Source of the DNA: Albugo candida
Lineage: Eukaryota
Direction: 5' to 3'
Assembly: GCA_040437565.1 (NCBI GenBank)
Contig: JBDOQK010000004.1
Coordinates: 868,001-923,722 of the forward strand
DNA: 55,722 nt
Part shown: in pieces, positions 25,244 through 37,313 of the stretch
Position numbering within the stretch: the first letter of the stretch is position 1
Layout: every line of letters begins with the position of its first letter
The notes under the pieces: generated by a model
What the model saw: only the letters and a program-made list of their open reading frames with translations
What the model was told of the DNA's origin: nothing
Database searches by the model: none
Program-made: the position numbers and the translations under genes

Positions 25244-25257
25244 AAATTGAAGAATGA
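25244..25257 (-). promoter_or_regulatory. Oomycete INR-FPR core promoter of the QTLR-EER gene (copy at 28667-28680)
   Basis: TCATTCTTCAATTT is an exact match to TCATTYYNCAWTTT, 33-46 nt upstream of ATG 25211. Confidence 0.75.
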
Positions 25258-25950
25258 ATGAATGATAGAGCGCTTTGTTTTCGGAAAACTTTGAAGGAAA
25301 ATTTGGACGGGAAAAAATTCAGGAGCATATCCCACTTTCTCCCAACATCAAGCAGGAAGAACGTTCCGTCGAGTGTGCAATTGTGCATTCTATCTTTCGT
25401 GATGGGAAGATTGATGCGTTTCTTGTGGAATTCTTTTTGCTACACACTTAAGGTCGAGCGAATTGCCCGCGTCAACTCGCATCTCTTCTGATACTCCACC
25501 TCAGACCGTGAGTTTATCAAACTCAAAAACTCCTCGTCTGTAGCGTGTTTGACGGCTTAAGCGGGAAAGTACCGCTTTTCGCACCAGTTGGACATCATTC
25601 TCTTTTCAACCAATCAGATAGAATCTTTGGTAGAACCGGGAAAATGTCGCAAGGTGAAAAGGAGAGGGGCACGCTTCTATTGGTGCAATAGCCAGAGTCA
25701 GACATACACTCGCGAAGCGTTCTTCAACTTGCGACGAACTTGCTCTAAAATAGAAGATTCTATATTACACACATTGCGCGCATGCCGTGCGTTCTTGAAG
25801 ACGATCACGAAGGATGGATGAAGAATACGTTTCGGTTCAATGAGCGCAAATATGCCAAGCGATTTTCCACAATTGCAGTGCCTGTATTGTAATTTCCTTT
25901 TTTTGTGTTGCATTATATACTATTTTGTTTATTGGTAAATGTTTTCAAGC

Positions 25951-26023
25951 GACTGCGTGGCGCAAAGGATAGCGCATCTGACTATTGTTAAAGAGGTTGC
26001 GGATTCGAGGCCCCTCTTGGCCA
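25951..26023 (+). pseudogene. tRNA-Arg-like pseudogene (duplicate at 29374-29446)
   Basis: 73 nt GACTGCGTGGCGCAAAGGATAGCGCATCTGACT...GGTTGCGGATTCGAGGCCC...GGCCA. Intact D arm (GCGC/GCGC) and A/B-box-like motifs. The anticodon loop reads CT-ATT-GT, and the acceptor, anticodon and T stems are mismatched. Confidence 0.65.
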
Positions 26024-26449
26024 TATCACTTACGATCCTTCATTGGAATGCGTGATTCTTATACTCAGCGAATCAAAGACCGTCCTTTGATGAATTTCTG
26101 TGTTATTGTGATTTGAAATGTATATTCTTGGGACTTGTAGCGTATACTTCAAAGATATCATTAGCTATAAGACTAAACGGTTCAAATCGATCAAATAGTC
26201 AGTTCGGATCATTTGTAAACTCGATGATACAATATTGGAGAGCTTCCTACGCCACGAAGATTTTCATTCAGTGATAGAGTTTAAAGCAACAATAAGTAAT
26301 TCGCGTATGTTCTCAATCTGCTTCTTCTCTGAGCTTTTATCGGATCATGCGAGTACTACTCGAGCTCCCCGATACAATGCCGACATCACCGTCAAGAAGA
26401 TTGATCTGTTGAAGAAGAGATGCAAGGTTGTTGTAACTTATTCAGAAAG

Positions 26450-27780
26450 CTCTTCCTCCTTGAGGATTGGTGAAAATCCGTTGCTGATTGTTACGATTCA
26501 GAGTTCCTGCCAAGCTTCAGCAAGCCATTCCACCACATCGTCGCGTTTGGGCGGGACGAGCTTGAACGAATCACCACCATTGCTGTGGCTGTCGAGCTGC
26601 TGGTGAAGCATCCCAGCTCACCGAACACGTAGCCTTTGCTTGCGAGGGGCATTCCACGACACATCAGCAGGTTGATAAACGCTTGTGTAACCAGGAGGCA
26701 CTCGCATGAGCACCACGCCAGGCTCTTCAGCGCAAATTCGCACTCGTTCTGACCAGTGTGCGGAAAATCATCCCATACTAGAAGGATGGGAGAAACTTGT
26801 CGCTCGCGCCGCTCATCGAAGTGGTACTCGAGAAAGCGCACTGACATCTGGGCATTCCACCACGCCGTCGCATTGGCGTAGATCTGCACTCCGAACGTCG
26901 ACTGCAGGTCACACATCTTAATCCACAGCCGCTTGCCGAAGCCGTGTCGCTTCGCATTATTCTCAGCGGCTGTTTCTTTCTTCAATGGGGTCGTGGTCTT
27001 GAAAATGAGAGAAGGCTGATATTTGTTGCCAAAAGAGTTACCAGGCAGCATACATGTCACTTGCTCCTTTGTGTTTCCACTGGACCTAACCCACACGGTC
27101 TGAGTTCCTTTAGCCTCTATCGTCTAGGTTGAAATGTGCTCGAAAAAGACTGGTTTTTGATCGGCGTTGTACACCACCTCGACACCGAGCTCACCCATAC
27201 GCTGCTGGAGCTCGGAAGAGAACGCTGCTGCCTTCGCGCTGATTCCAGCAGGCGAAATCTGTCCTTGGCGAGTTCTCATGCGGAAGGCAAGCTTGTGCCG
27301 ACAGAGAAACTCTTGCCACCACGTCCACGAAGCGGTAAATGCTGTAGCAGAGACGCCAACCTCGCTGGCAATCTGAAGCGATTTGCGCGTCAGCATCAAA
27401 GCCGAGATGGGAGCTCCTTCCAAGCGATATCCGTTGATCCACTTGATTAGATCCAGATCGGCGTCTCGAGGAAGCGTCGTTGCTGTGCCGTTTCTCGCGT
27501 ACGGTGCAGCTCGCTTGTCACCTGGGCTTTGCAAAGGCGCACGAGTTTCTCCCTGCCCTTTGCCACAGGTACACGCTCTTGCGCTTCGTCTCCTTTGCTG
27601 AGCCGACAACTCTTGGGCAGAACCTCTCGAGCGTCGCGGGTATGCCATGCACGTCGTAGTGGTCGATAACCGTGAGCCTAAAGCTGTGTGTCGGCACATT
27701 CTTCCTGTAGTGTCGTGGCTTCCTCCCTCCATTTTCGCTTTCAGTATTTCAACGCGCGGCATGTTGGTCAATGAGGAACA
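26450..27780 (-). mobile_element. pogo/Tigger-type DNA transposon, degenerate (CENP-B HTH + DDE_1)
   Basis: DLIKWINGYRLEGAPIS...FTASWTWWQEFLCRHKLAFRMRTRQGQ, YNADQKPVFFE, NATAWWN and ILLVWDDF. Stops and frameshifts. Confidence 0.9.
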
Positions 27781-29872
27781 TCAACCCAGTCAACGGGCTG
27801 ACTAGCCAGTAGCAACCAATACATTAGATTGACTCATACCATCTTATAAAACGAGTACGTAGCAAAAACCATGCAATCCTTTCGGCACGGATAAGAAATT
27901 GAAATGAAGTAATCCATTCGGTTTCGTTGGCCGTAATGCCTCTCCATACGGTCGTGGGCATTTTCCCCCTTAGCCACCAGACAATGCAAACAATTGCCGA
28001 CAAAGTGTTTCACATCATCTTCCAATGTTTTCCACACCACATGTCGTGACAATATCGCTAGCGTTGTCGAANNNNNNNNNNNNNNNNNNNNNNNNNNNNN
28101 NNNNNNNNNNNNNNNNNNNNNNNNNNNNNNNNNNNNNNNNNNNNNNNNNNNNNNNNNNNNNNNNNNNNNNNGATGATACGCGTCGCGTTTTTTTACAGTA
28201 AGCAGAAACTTCTGCAATAATCTGTGCACACTTCTCCGCCTCCGTCGGGTCTTCTGATTCTCTTTTTTCAGCGTTACTGAAGCAGCTCGCAATTTTTGAC
28301 ATGGCCATTTCTACAACGTGGTTATTTTTTAACTTAATGAGACACACTACCGGTCCTTACACATCCACCACATACCTTTCGGCGACTTTACATCTTCGTG
28401 GATGTCACCGTGCTGAATTCGTGAGCTAATGTCATTGACATGTGACTTGGAATCCATTCCCGAACTGAGACCTTGAGTATGGTCGCTGCTGAGATGATAC
28501 TCCTCATTCCCCATTTTCGTGCTGTCCGAGACAGATGCCAATAACACTCTCTCTTCGGAGCTTGTTCGCAGGGTTTGTCCATTCGAGCAGGTAATAAAAG
28601 CCAGGATTACCGCAATAGAAATCGGAGATTTCATCGTGTTTGCTTGTTGGAGTTGTGTTTTGAGAAAAATTGAAGAATGAATGAATGATAGAGCGCTTTG
28701 TTTTCGGAAAACTTTGAAGGAAAATTTGGACGGGAAAAAATTCAGGAGCATATCCCACTTTCTCCCAACATCAAGCAGGAAGAACGTTCCGTCGAGTGTG
28801 CAATTGTGCATTCTATCTTTCGTGATGGGAAGATTGATGCGTTTCTTGTGGAATTCTTTTTGCTACACACTTAAGGTCGAGCGAATTGCCCGCGTCAACT
28901 CGCATCTCTTCTGATACTCCACCTCAGACCGTGAGTTTATCAAACTCAAAAACTCCTCGTCTGTAGCGTGTTTGACGGCTTAAGCGGGAAAGTACCGCTT
29001 TTCGCACCAGTTGGACATCATTCTCTTTTCAACCAATCAGATAGAATCTTTGGTAGAACCGGGAAAATGTCGCAAGGTGAAAAGGAGAGGGGCACGCTTC
29101 TATTGGTGCAATAGCCAGAGTCAGACATACACTCGCGAAGCGTTCTTCAACTTGCGACGAACTTGCTCTAAAATAGAAGATTCTATATTACACACATTGC
29201 GCGCATGCCGTGCGTTCTTGAAGACGATCACGAAGGATGGATGAAGAATACGTTTCGGTTCAATGAGCGCAAATATGCCAAGCGATTTTCCACAATTGCA
29301 GTGCCTGTATTGTAATTTCCTTTTTTTGTGTTGCATTATATACTATTTTGTTTATTGGTAAATGTTTTCAAGCGACTGCGTGGCGCAAAGGATAGCGCAT
29401 CTGACTATTGTTAAAGAGGTTGCGGATTCGAGGCCCCTCTTGGCCATATCACTTACGATCCTTCATTGGAATGCGTGATTCTTATACTCAGCGAATCAAA
29501 GACCGTCCTTTGATGAATTTCTGTGTTATTGTGATTTGAAATGTATATTCTTGGGACTTGTAGCGTATACTTCAAAGATATCATTAGCTATAAGACTAAA
29601 CGGTTCAAATCGATCAAATAGTCAGTTCGGATCATTTGTAAACTCGATGATACAATATTGGAGAGCTTCCTACGCCACGAAGATTTTCATTCAGTGATAG
29701 AGTTTAAAGCAACAATAAGTAATTCGCGTATGTTCTCAATCTGCTTCTTCTCTGAGCTTTTATCGGATCATGCGAGTACTACTCGAGCTCCCCGATACAA
29801 TGCCGACATCACCGTCAAGAAGATTGATCTGTTGAAGAAGAGATGCAAGGTTGTTGTAACTTATTCAGAAAG

Positions 29873-31203
29873 CTCTTCCTCCTTGAGGATTGGTGAAAAT
29901 CCGTTGCTGATTGTTACGATTCAGAGTTCCTGCCAAGCTTCAGCAAGCCATTCCACCACATCGTCGCGTTTGGGCGGGACGAGCTTGAACGAATCACCAC
30001 CATTGCTGTGGCTGTCGAGCTGCTGGTGAAGCATCCCAGCTCACCGAACACGTAGCCTTTGCTTGCGAGGGGCATTCCACGACACATCAGCAGGTTGATA
30101 AACGCTTGTGTAACCAGGAGGCACTCGCATGAGCACCACGCCAGGCTCTTCAGCGCAAATTCGCACTCGTTCTGACCAGTGTGCGGAAAATCATCCCATA
30201 CTAGAAGGATGGGAGAAACTTGTCGCTCGCGCCGCTCATCGAAGTGGTACTCGAGAAAGCGCACTGACATCTGGGCATTCCACCACGCCGTCGCATTGGC
30301 GTAGATCTGCACTCCGAACGTCGACTGCAGGTCACACATCTTAATCCACAGCCGCTTGCCGAAGCCGTGTCGCTTCGCATTATTCTCAGCGGCTGTTTCT
30401 TTCTTCAATGGGGTCGTGGTCTTGAAAATGAGAGAAGGCTGATATTTGTTGCCAAAAGAGTTACCAGGCAGCATACATGTCACTTGCTCCTTTGTGTTTC
30501 CACTGGACCTAACCCACACGGTCTGAGTTCCTTTAGCCTCTATCGTCTAGGTTGAAATGTGCTCGAAAAAGACTGGTTTTTGATCGGCGTTGTACACCAC
30601 CTCGACACCGAGCTCACCCATACGCTGCTGGAGCTCGGAAGAGAACGCTGCTGCCTTCGCGCTGATTCCAGCAGGCGAAATCTGTCCTTGGCGAGTTCTC
30701 ATGCGGAAGGCAAGCTTGTGCCGACAGAGAAACTCTTGCCACCACGTCCACGAAGCGGTAAATGCTGTAGCAGAGACGCCAACCTCGCTGGCAATCTGAA
30801 GCGATTTGCGCGTCAGCATCAAAGCCGAGATGGGAGCTCCTTCCAAGCGATATCCGTTGATCCACTTGATTAGATCCAGATCGGCGTCTCGAGGAAGCGT
30901 CGTTGCTGTGCCGTTTCTCGCGTACGGTGCAGCTCGCTTGTCACCTGGGCTTTGCAAAGGCGCACGAGTTTCTCCCTGCCCTTTGCCACAGGTACACGCT
31001 CTTGCGCTTCGTCTCCTTTGCTGAGCCGACAACTCTTGGGCAGAACCTCTCGAGCGTCGCGGGTATGCCATGCACGTCGTAGTGGTCGATAACCGTGAGC
31101 CTAAAGCTGTGTGTCGGCACATTCTTCCTGTAGTGTCGTGGCTTCCTCCCTCCATTTTCGCTTTCAGTATTTCAACGCGCGGCATGTTGGTCAATGAGGA
31201 ACA
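29873..31203 (-). mobile_element. Second (assembly-duplicated) copy of the pogo element
   Basis: Identical translations to 26450-27780. Confidence 0.8.
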
Positions 31204-31256
31204 TCAACCCAGTCAACGGGCTGACTAGCCAGTAGCAACCAATACATTAGATTGAC

Positions 31257-33620
31257 TCATACCATCTTATAAAACGAGTACGTAGCAAAAACCATGCAAT
31301 CCTTTCGGCACGGATAAGAAATTGAAATGAAGTAATCCATTCGGTTTCGTTGGCCGTAATGCCTCTCCATACGGTCGTGGGCATTTTCCCCCTTAGCCAC
31401 CAGACAATGCAAACAATTGCCGACAAAGTGTTTCACATCATCTTCCAATGTTTTCCACACCACATGTCGTGACAATATCGCTAGCGTTGTCGAACTCCCC
31501 CCGATGCCCTGCTGGTCCAGCATGTGCTACTACACATAGTCGTTTTTGTAGGTTGATGGTATCATCAGGTATCCATATACGTCTTACTCCATCCACCCAT
31601 AGCAAACTTTCTTCATCTTTGATAAAATTGTAATGACTGTGCTTCTTCAACTCTTCTTCCTGAACCTTTCCTGTCTCCTTCAACGAAAGCCAATCAAATG
31701 CATCATTTTCCAACGGGGAAATAATGTCGACCACTGCCAACGCGCAACATTTCCTTGTTATATATGTAACTTCTTCAGATCTGGAGCACCCCCATCGGGA
31801 AAGTAGATCCCCCCACACATTTTCTTCTCCCGGTACATGGTTTACCGTATACCGAAACATCTGTAATATTATGGACCAGCGTTGCAATTTGTCTGCTCTG
31901 TATCGAGCCACTGTATTTTCAATACTCCGAGGATCAAAAAATGAACTTGAGATTTCAATGGGTGGTGAATATATGGAATCCATCCGTAGCAGTAGATACT
32001 CCAATCCTTTGCACGTCTCCACTATTGCGGAGGCTGTCTTCTCGATGGTAGCCCATCTCAGCATAGAACCGCGGAACATCCACTTATATAAGCGCCAAAG
32101 GAGAATGTTTTTGGTTGGACCTTGGTTTCGACAATTCCCCAGGCGCAAGCTTTGTAACGATTGCTCCCCGGTGATTTTGCGAAGCATCCGTATGAAAACA
32201 TACATCCTATGCCTCCCGTGGGTGTGTCAAAGGTACCATTGTACATAGTCCAGCCATGGTAAACCAACAATACATGGATGAGGTTTCGCTTTTTTCGACC
32301 TTTTGCAGCCTTTCATGCACGTTCCGACACGTCATGCAAATCGTTGACCAACGCTGCATAATTCGGAATAATTTTTCGCATCCAGTTACCGCACATAAAA
32401 ATTGCTGGAGTTCCACCGCCGTCTCTGGAGATTCAAGTTCACACAGTCCTTGTATTCGACTTTCGCAATGGCTGATCCCCCAAATTGAATTTTCTTTCCA
32501 CACCATATTGTGGAGTACGATATGAATGTAAATTTCTCCGGATTTATTTAGACCCCATATTCACTGCATTTTCTTAATGCTATCTCTAGCGTATCTAGCA
32601 ATTTGATTCCGTATCGGAATAACCGAGAACATCATCCAACCATACTTGCACTCCGTTACCCAAAAAGGGTTTCATCACTTGTTCAGCATCCGTTGATCCC
32701 ATTATGACTCGAGCTGCTGTAAATAAACCCATCGGAGTCACCATCGTAAAGCAATCCTGCTTCCTTCGTCCAGAGGTAACTGCCGATAAAATCGGAAACA
32801 GTCCAGCGAGAAATAGCACTTCGATCCTTCCACATTCGCCATGACTTCTAAATACGGCATGGGTCACGCCATAGGAACCGTGACTGCATTTATGGCTCGC
32901 AAATCTGCCGTCATGCGATATTCGCCGACTTGATTTTTCCCACAATTCGAGTGGCACTTCCCAACGCGAATCTGGATTACGATAGACTAAGCCATGTTCC
33001 ATCAGATCTGTTAGATGTCTATGCAGATAGTCCCTATGTAAAGGTGGTTAACGTCTGAATTTCGCCATTATGGATGCTGAGCCTTCTTTCAGCTTTACTT
33101 TAAGTGGTTCGAACTTCACTCAAGGATCCGCTTCAAATTCCACTCGAAAAACATCCTCATATTCTAGAAACAACTTTTTCAGACGTTCAATGAATTCATC
33201 TTCTGCGTCTCTTTTTTTCGCATACTTTATTTTGTTTTCCAGCACACCATGAATGAGCTCATCCTGTACATCCAATGCCCCCACTTCTGGTGTGAGTAAA
33301 TATTCTTCCTTTTCATCGCTGGGCTCATGTTCATCTTCGTACAACCTCTTCTCGCAACATTGTAATAAGTTACACACTGGGGCGTTCTGAGTAATGGTTG
33401 TTTCATCCCATAAGCATTCCTTCTCCCTTGCTCCCCCCAAAATTGTCTCGACTGAATAACCCATCTTCCCCATCAAATGTCCATCCATATTAAGTGATAT
33501 TGCTTCGTCCTCTTCATTGACCAACATTTCCAGGTTTCTCCATTTAAGCGGTCCACCATTGCTTTCGAACTCTACACATTGTGATAACACACTTCGTGTC
33601 ACCCTTGAGGTCATCACCAA
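31257..33620 (-). mobile_element. Ty3/Gypsy retrotransposon pol remnant (RT, RNase H, integrase Zn finger), 3'-truncated at the pogo element
   Basis: FTMVTPMGLF...VQVWLDDVLGY (RT), KLQRWSIILQMFRYTVNHVPGEENVWGDLLSRW (RNase H end), AHAGPAGHRG...CLHC (HHCC). Confidence 0.9.
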
Positions 33621-33882
33621 CCGGCGCTGTTAAACACGTTTTCTGCTATATTTTAGCTTTAACTATAGCTCCGATTTTTCCAACAACTGCTACCTGCTAT
33701 GTTAAATTCAGCATTTTGCAACGCAGCTGAATTTGGACGGTTCCCGATGTGTACCTATTGAAAGAACCTAGAGATAGAATTGAGGCTTTCTAGTCGCACT
33801 TTATGACTCCAGAACGAACAGATGAGTTAATAGGTCTACTACAACGGTTACCGTGTAGCTTTACAAGAACACATAAAAATAA

Positions 33883-34685
33883 GAGAATATTGGGATTTTA
33901 TACCACTTTGAACATGGTTTAGATACCAAAAGTTTCAGAAATATCGATTATACACCAAAATTTAAACAAATATGGTTTTTATACCAAAAGTTGAAACAAT
34001 ATGGATTTTATACCAAAAAAATATGGATTATATACCAATAGTTGAATAAATATGGTTTATATACCAAAACGAATATAACACGGGCGAAATTGAAAAAAAG
34101 AAAAATACACCAAAAAATCTGACGTTTATTTAAAAGTATGAAAAATATACCAAAAAGTCTGAAGTTTACACATTCTTGAGTGCTATATCGTTAGAATATT
34201 CACATCTGGCGACTATGAGGACTGCCAGCGACGACGTCTACGCTGGTGAGACACAAGAGTCAAGGGACGGCTGTTCACCAGGGGACTGGGCATACGGGCG
34301 TGCATACTTGTACTCACGCGACTACGCCAGTCGCGACGATATAACAAGTGCGATCATTGAATACAACGAAAAAGTTGGACGAGCGTCTCGTGTCATAACG
34401 AGCGACCATAGACGCTACAATGTATTGTGTGCCGATCCAAATTGCAGCTTCGCAGTCGCTTTTGCGTATGGTAGGGGATTTGAGCCGTCTCATACGTTCG
34501 TGCCGCACACATGCGACGCAACGAGGGTGACTTGGCTTCATACGAAGTGAGTCGTGGAAACAAGTCTTCATACGTCGCTTTGATTGACTCGGCCCTCCAG
34601 TTCGTCATTGATAAGGGTCGTGACGCCAGTCCAGCTGAGATGCAGAAGAAGCTGATGGCTGATGGGCGTCGATTGACGTACCAGA
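33883..34685 (+). mobile_element. MULE (Mutator-like) element: left TIR with tandem subrepeats and 5' part of a MuDR-type transposase
   Basis: TIR gagaatattgggattttataccac plus ~29-bp repeats (atatggWtttataccaaaagttgaa). ORF from 34215: SRDDITSAIIEY...SDHRRYNVLCADPNCSF...PHTC (MuDR C-x4-C...HxC domain), frameshifted, running into gap 34686-34785. Confidence 0.75.
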
Positions 34686-34785
34686 NNNNNNNNNNNNNNN
34701 NNNNNNNNNNNNNNNNNNNNNNNNNNNNNNNNNNNNNNNNNNNNNNNNNNNNNNNNNNNNNNNNNNNNNNNNNNNNNNNNNNNNN

Positions 34786-35751
34786 CGCTATGGCCACATA
34801 CATTAATACTACGGCCACAGACAATTGATCTAACCAATCACAGCTCACAAAATTATATTGTTGCTAAGTACGCCAGAACTGGCGAAGCAGCAAATATAAA
34901 TAGTACCTTTCGCGCAGCCGACCCCATGGCGACGTCATGACAATCCTTCGTTCGGACTTTCCCGGTTATACAACAGCTGAAGAACTCACCGAACGAAACA
35001 TTCGAAATCGTTATTTGGTTTTGCCCCTGGTGACATTTTTTAACATATCAACCGGAAGATCTCATATTACACCCTTCGGAAAGTATTTCAACAGGTTAGT
35101 TTATAATATTCCTTTCTTCCTACGTGTTTTTTACAATCACTAAAGTTTCGCAATGATAGCTACAAAAAGCTCCATGTCCAGTGGCAGCCGGCGCGAAGCC
35201 ATGCTCTTCTACTTATATTACTATTACTTTTAATTCTGAAAATAGAAGTTATAAAAAACAATTTTTTTATTTTTCTCAACAGCAACATTCACCTTTCCAC
35301 CATCCTAATCTTTAGTCTCTACTATTAACCTACCATATACAGATATCAGGAAAAACCGTACCTACGCTAGAACAACATAACAAAAAGCGTAAGAAACAGA
35401 ATGAGCTCGTGTACAAAAGTAGACAAGTGACCTGATTGGCTAGCGTAATTAGCAACAATATAATTTTGTGAGCTGTGATTGGTTAGATCAATTGTCTGTG
35501 GCCGTAGTATTAATGTATGTGGCCATAGCGGCTCTCTTTTGATAATTTTACATAATGTTTAGACCTTCTCGTGTATTTTTTTATAATTTTACGTGTAATA
35601 TTCGTTTTGGTATATAAACCATATTTTTTCAACTTCTGGTATATAATCCATTTTTTGTATAACTTTTGGTATATAATCCATATTCTCTTAACTTCTGGTA
35701 TATAAACCATCTTTTTTTGAAAAAAAAGTGGTATAAAATCCATAGGTTCCC
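34786..35751. mobile_element. Non-autonomous MULE-type element or right end with long TIR
   Basis: 34786-34867 is the exact reverse complement of 35449-35530. 35531-35751 is an inverted, diverged version of the 33883-34150 TIR, ending ...gtggtataaaatccataggttccc. Confidence 0.75.
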
Positions 35752-35889
35752 TAAAAACAATAAAAACAATAAAAACAATTTGCCAACCAGTCACGCCAAT
35801 CACGCTCACCTGCCCGCAGTATTTCTACAGCTACACGATATTTTCCTCTTCGTGTTGCGTTCGTGTTGTTAACTACACAACAGCCTGCG

Positions 35890-37230
35890 ATGGACCCACT
35901 CACCTACGATGCAGTTCTCGCGCTCTTCGATGACGAAGAAGAGAAATTTGCGCTTGTGGATTTTGTGCGACGCTCGCAGTGGTCTCAGTAACAAGAAGAA
36001 GCAGGCGGTAGAAGAAGCACGGTGGCTCATGTCCTGGAAGGCGCTCAAACCGAGGGAGAAGCCATCGATATGGTCACAACCGAATCATGTCTGACTACCT
36101 CGTCGAGCGCCCGGTGCTCTCTGACTAGCATTTCCGGCGGCGTTTTCGGTTGATCCAATCGGTCCTCTCGCGTGTAGTCGACTGCATTTCGTCAAATCCC
36201 GCTTATTTTTTTAGGAGCCAGACGCTGTCGATCGTCCGGGTCTCTCCGCTATCCAAAAAGCACTAAGCGCGATACGCCAGATTGAGTATGGAGCACCAGC
36301 AGCCCTATGGACGACTACGTCCAAATGGCGGAAACAACCGCGCTTGAGAGTTTGAAGCGGTTCTGCGTTGCTGTGGTCGACTCGCTAGGTGACGAATACC
36401 TTCGCGGACAGTCAACCCAGGACCTGTCGCTCTTGCTACGAATTGGAGAAGAAAGAGGTTTTCTGGAATGCTTGGCACTTTGGATTGCATGCACTGGCGC
36501 TGGAAGATCTCCCAAAAGGCTGGGCGGGGAAGCTCACCATAAAAGAGAAGGCGCCGACGGTCGTGCTCGAAGCTGTCGCAGACTATGAGGGCTGGATGTG
36601 GCACCTCTTTTTCGGCATGCCAGGGAGTCACAACAAAATCAACGTACTTGATCGATCACATCTATCCATCCACGGATCTCATGGATGGAAGGGCTCCTTC
36701 GGTATCGTACTAAATCAGCGGTACACATTACTCGATGGGCTACTATCTTGCGGACGGAATCTACCCGCCTTGAGCAACACTGGTTCAGACAATCTCCAAT
36801 CCTCAAGCTTAGAAGAAAAAGGTATGGAGAAATGCTGGTCTGTTTCATATTGACACTCACTTGTGTGCCACGAATTATTTGCTGAAGCACAGGAATCGGC
36901 GGTCGAGCGAGCGTTCGGAATGCTGCAATCCCTATACACGATAATGACAAGACCGTGCCGTCTTTCGAGTCAAGAAGACATGACGTACACTGTGAAAGCA
37001 TGCGTCATCCTGCGCTGCATGTAAAATGAGGACGACAGGGAGCCCGATGGAATCATTCCCGAGAGGAGTGTGCAAGACAGCATTACATTCTCCACCACGG
37101 TCGTCATTGCTCCTAACCTAAGCATAGATAGAGCATTTACGAGCTTCATTAGTCGTTACAAAGCTACTCGAAGCAGTGAGCAGCATTATCAATTGCGCAA
37201 TGATCTAACCGAACATCTGTGGGCTTGAAG
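35890..37230 (+). mobile_element. PIF/Harbinger transposase pseudogene
   Basis: MDDYVQMAETTALESLKRFC...DEYLR, LDCMHWRW, KEKAPTVVLEAVADYEGWMWHLFFGMPGSHNKINVLDRS, GYYLADGIYP, VERAFGMLQ and QLRNDLTEHLW. Confidence 0.9.
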
Positions 37231-37313
37231 TGGTAATCAGATTGCTCAGTAAAGTAATGCAGCGGCTCATAAAAATTCATTCGTAAAGAATATCAAAGTA
37301 CCTATGCAGCATA

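Larger units (their letters stand above)
24749..31494. repeat. Direct duplication 24749-28071 = 28172-31494 around gap 28072-28171
   Basis: 3323 bp at offset 3423 with identical ORF translations. It creates an apparent second, 3'-truncated effector copy, a second tRNA-like copy and a second pogo copy. Confidence 0.9.

Noticed and set aside
25951-26023. Functional tRNA with ATT anticodon
   Set aside because: Acceptor, anticodon and T stems do not pair properly; the body resembles tRNA-Arg, so it is treated as a pseudogene.
28172-28634. Second copy of the QTLR-EER gene as a real paralog
   Set aside because: It lies in a duplication that starts exactly at an N gap and looks identical; most likely an assembly overlap.
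31724-32248. 174-aa plus-strand ORF and similar antisense ORFs (39808-40368, 43713-44138, 52683-53171, 1701-2090)
   Set aside because: They are shadows on the opposite strand of transposon or gene coding sequence, with no independent motifs.
33900-34080. CRISPR-like array of ~29-bp repeats
   Set aside because: No unique spacers, eukaryotic context, and an inverted counterpart at 35600-35751 shows these are TIR subrepeats.
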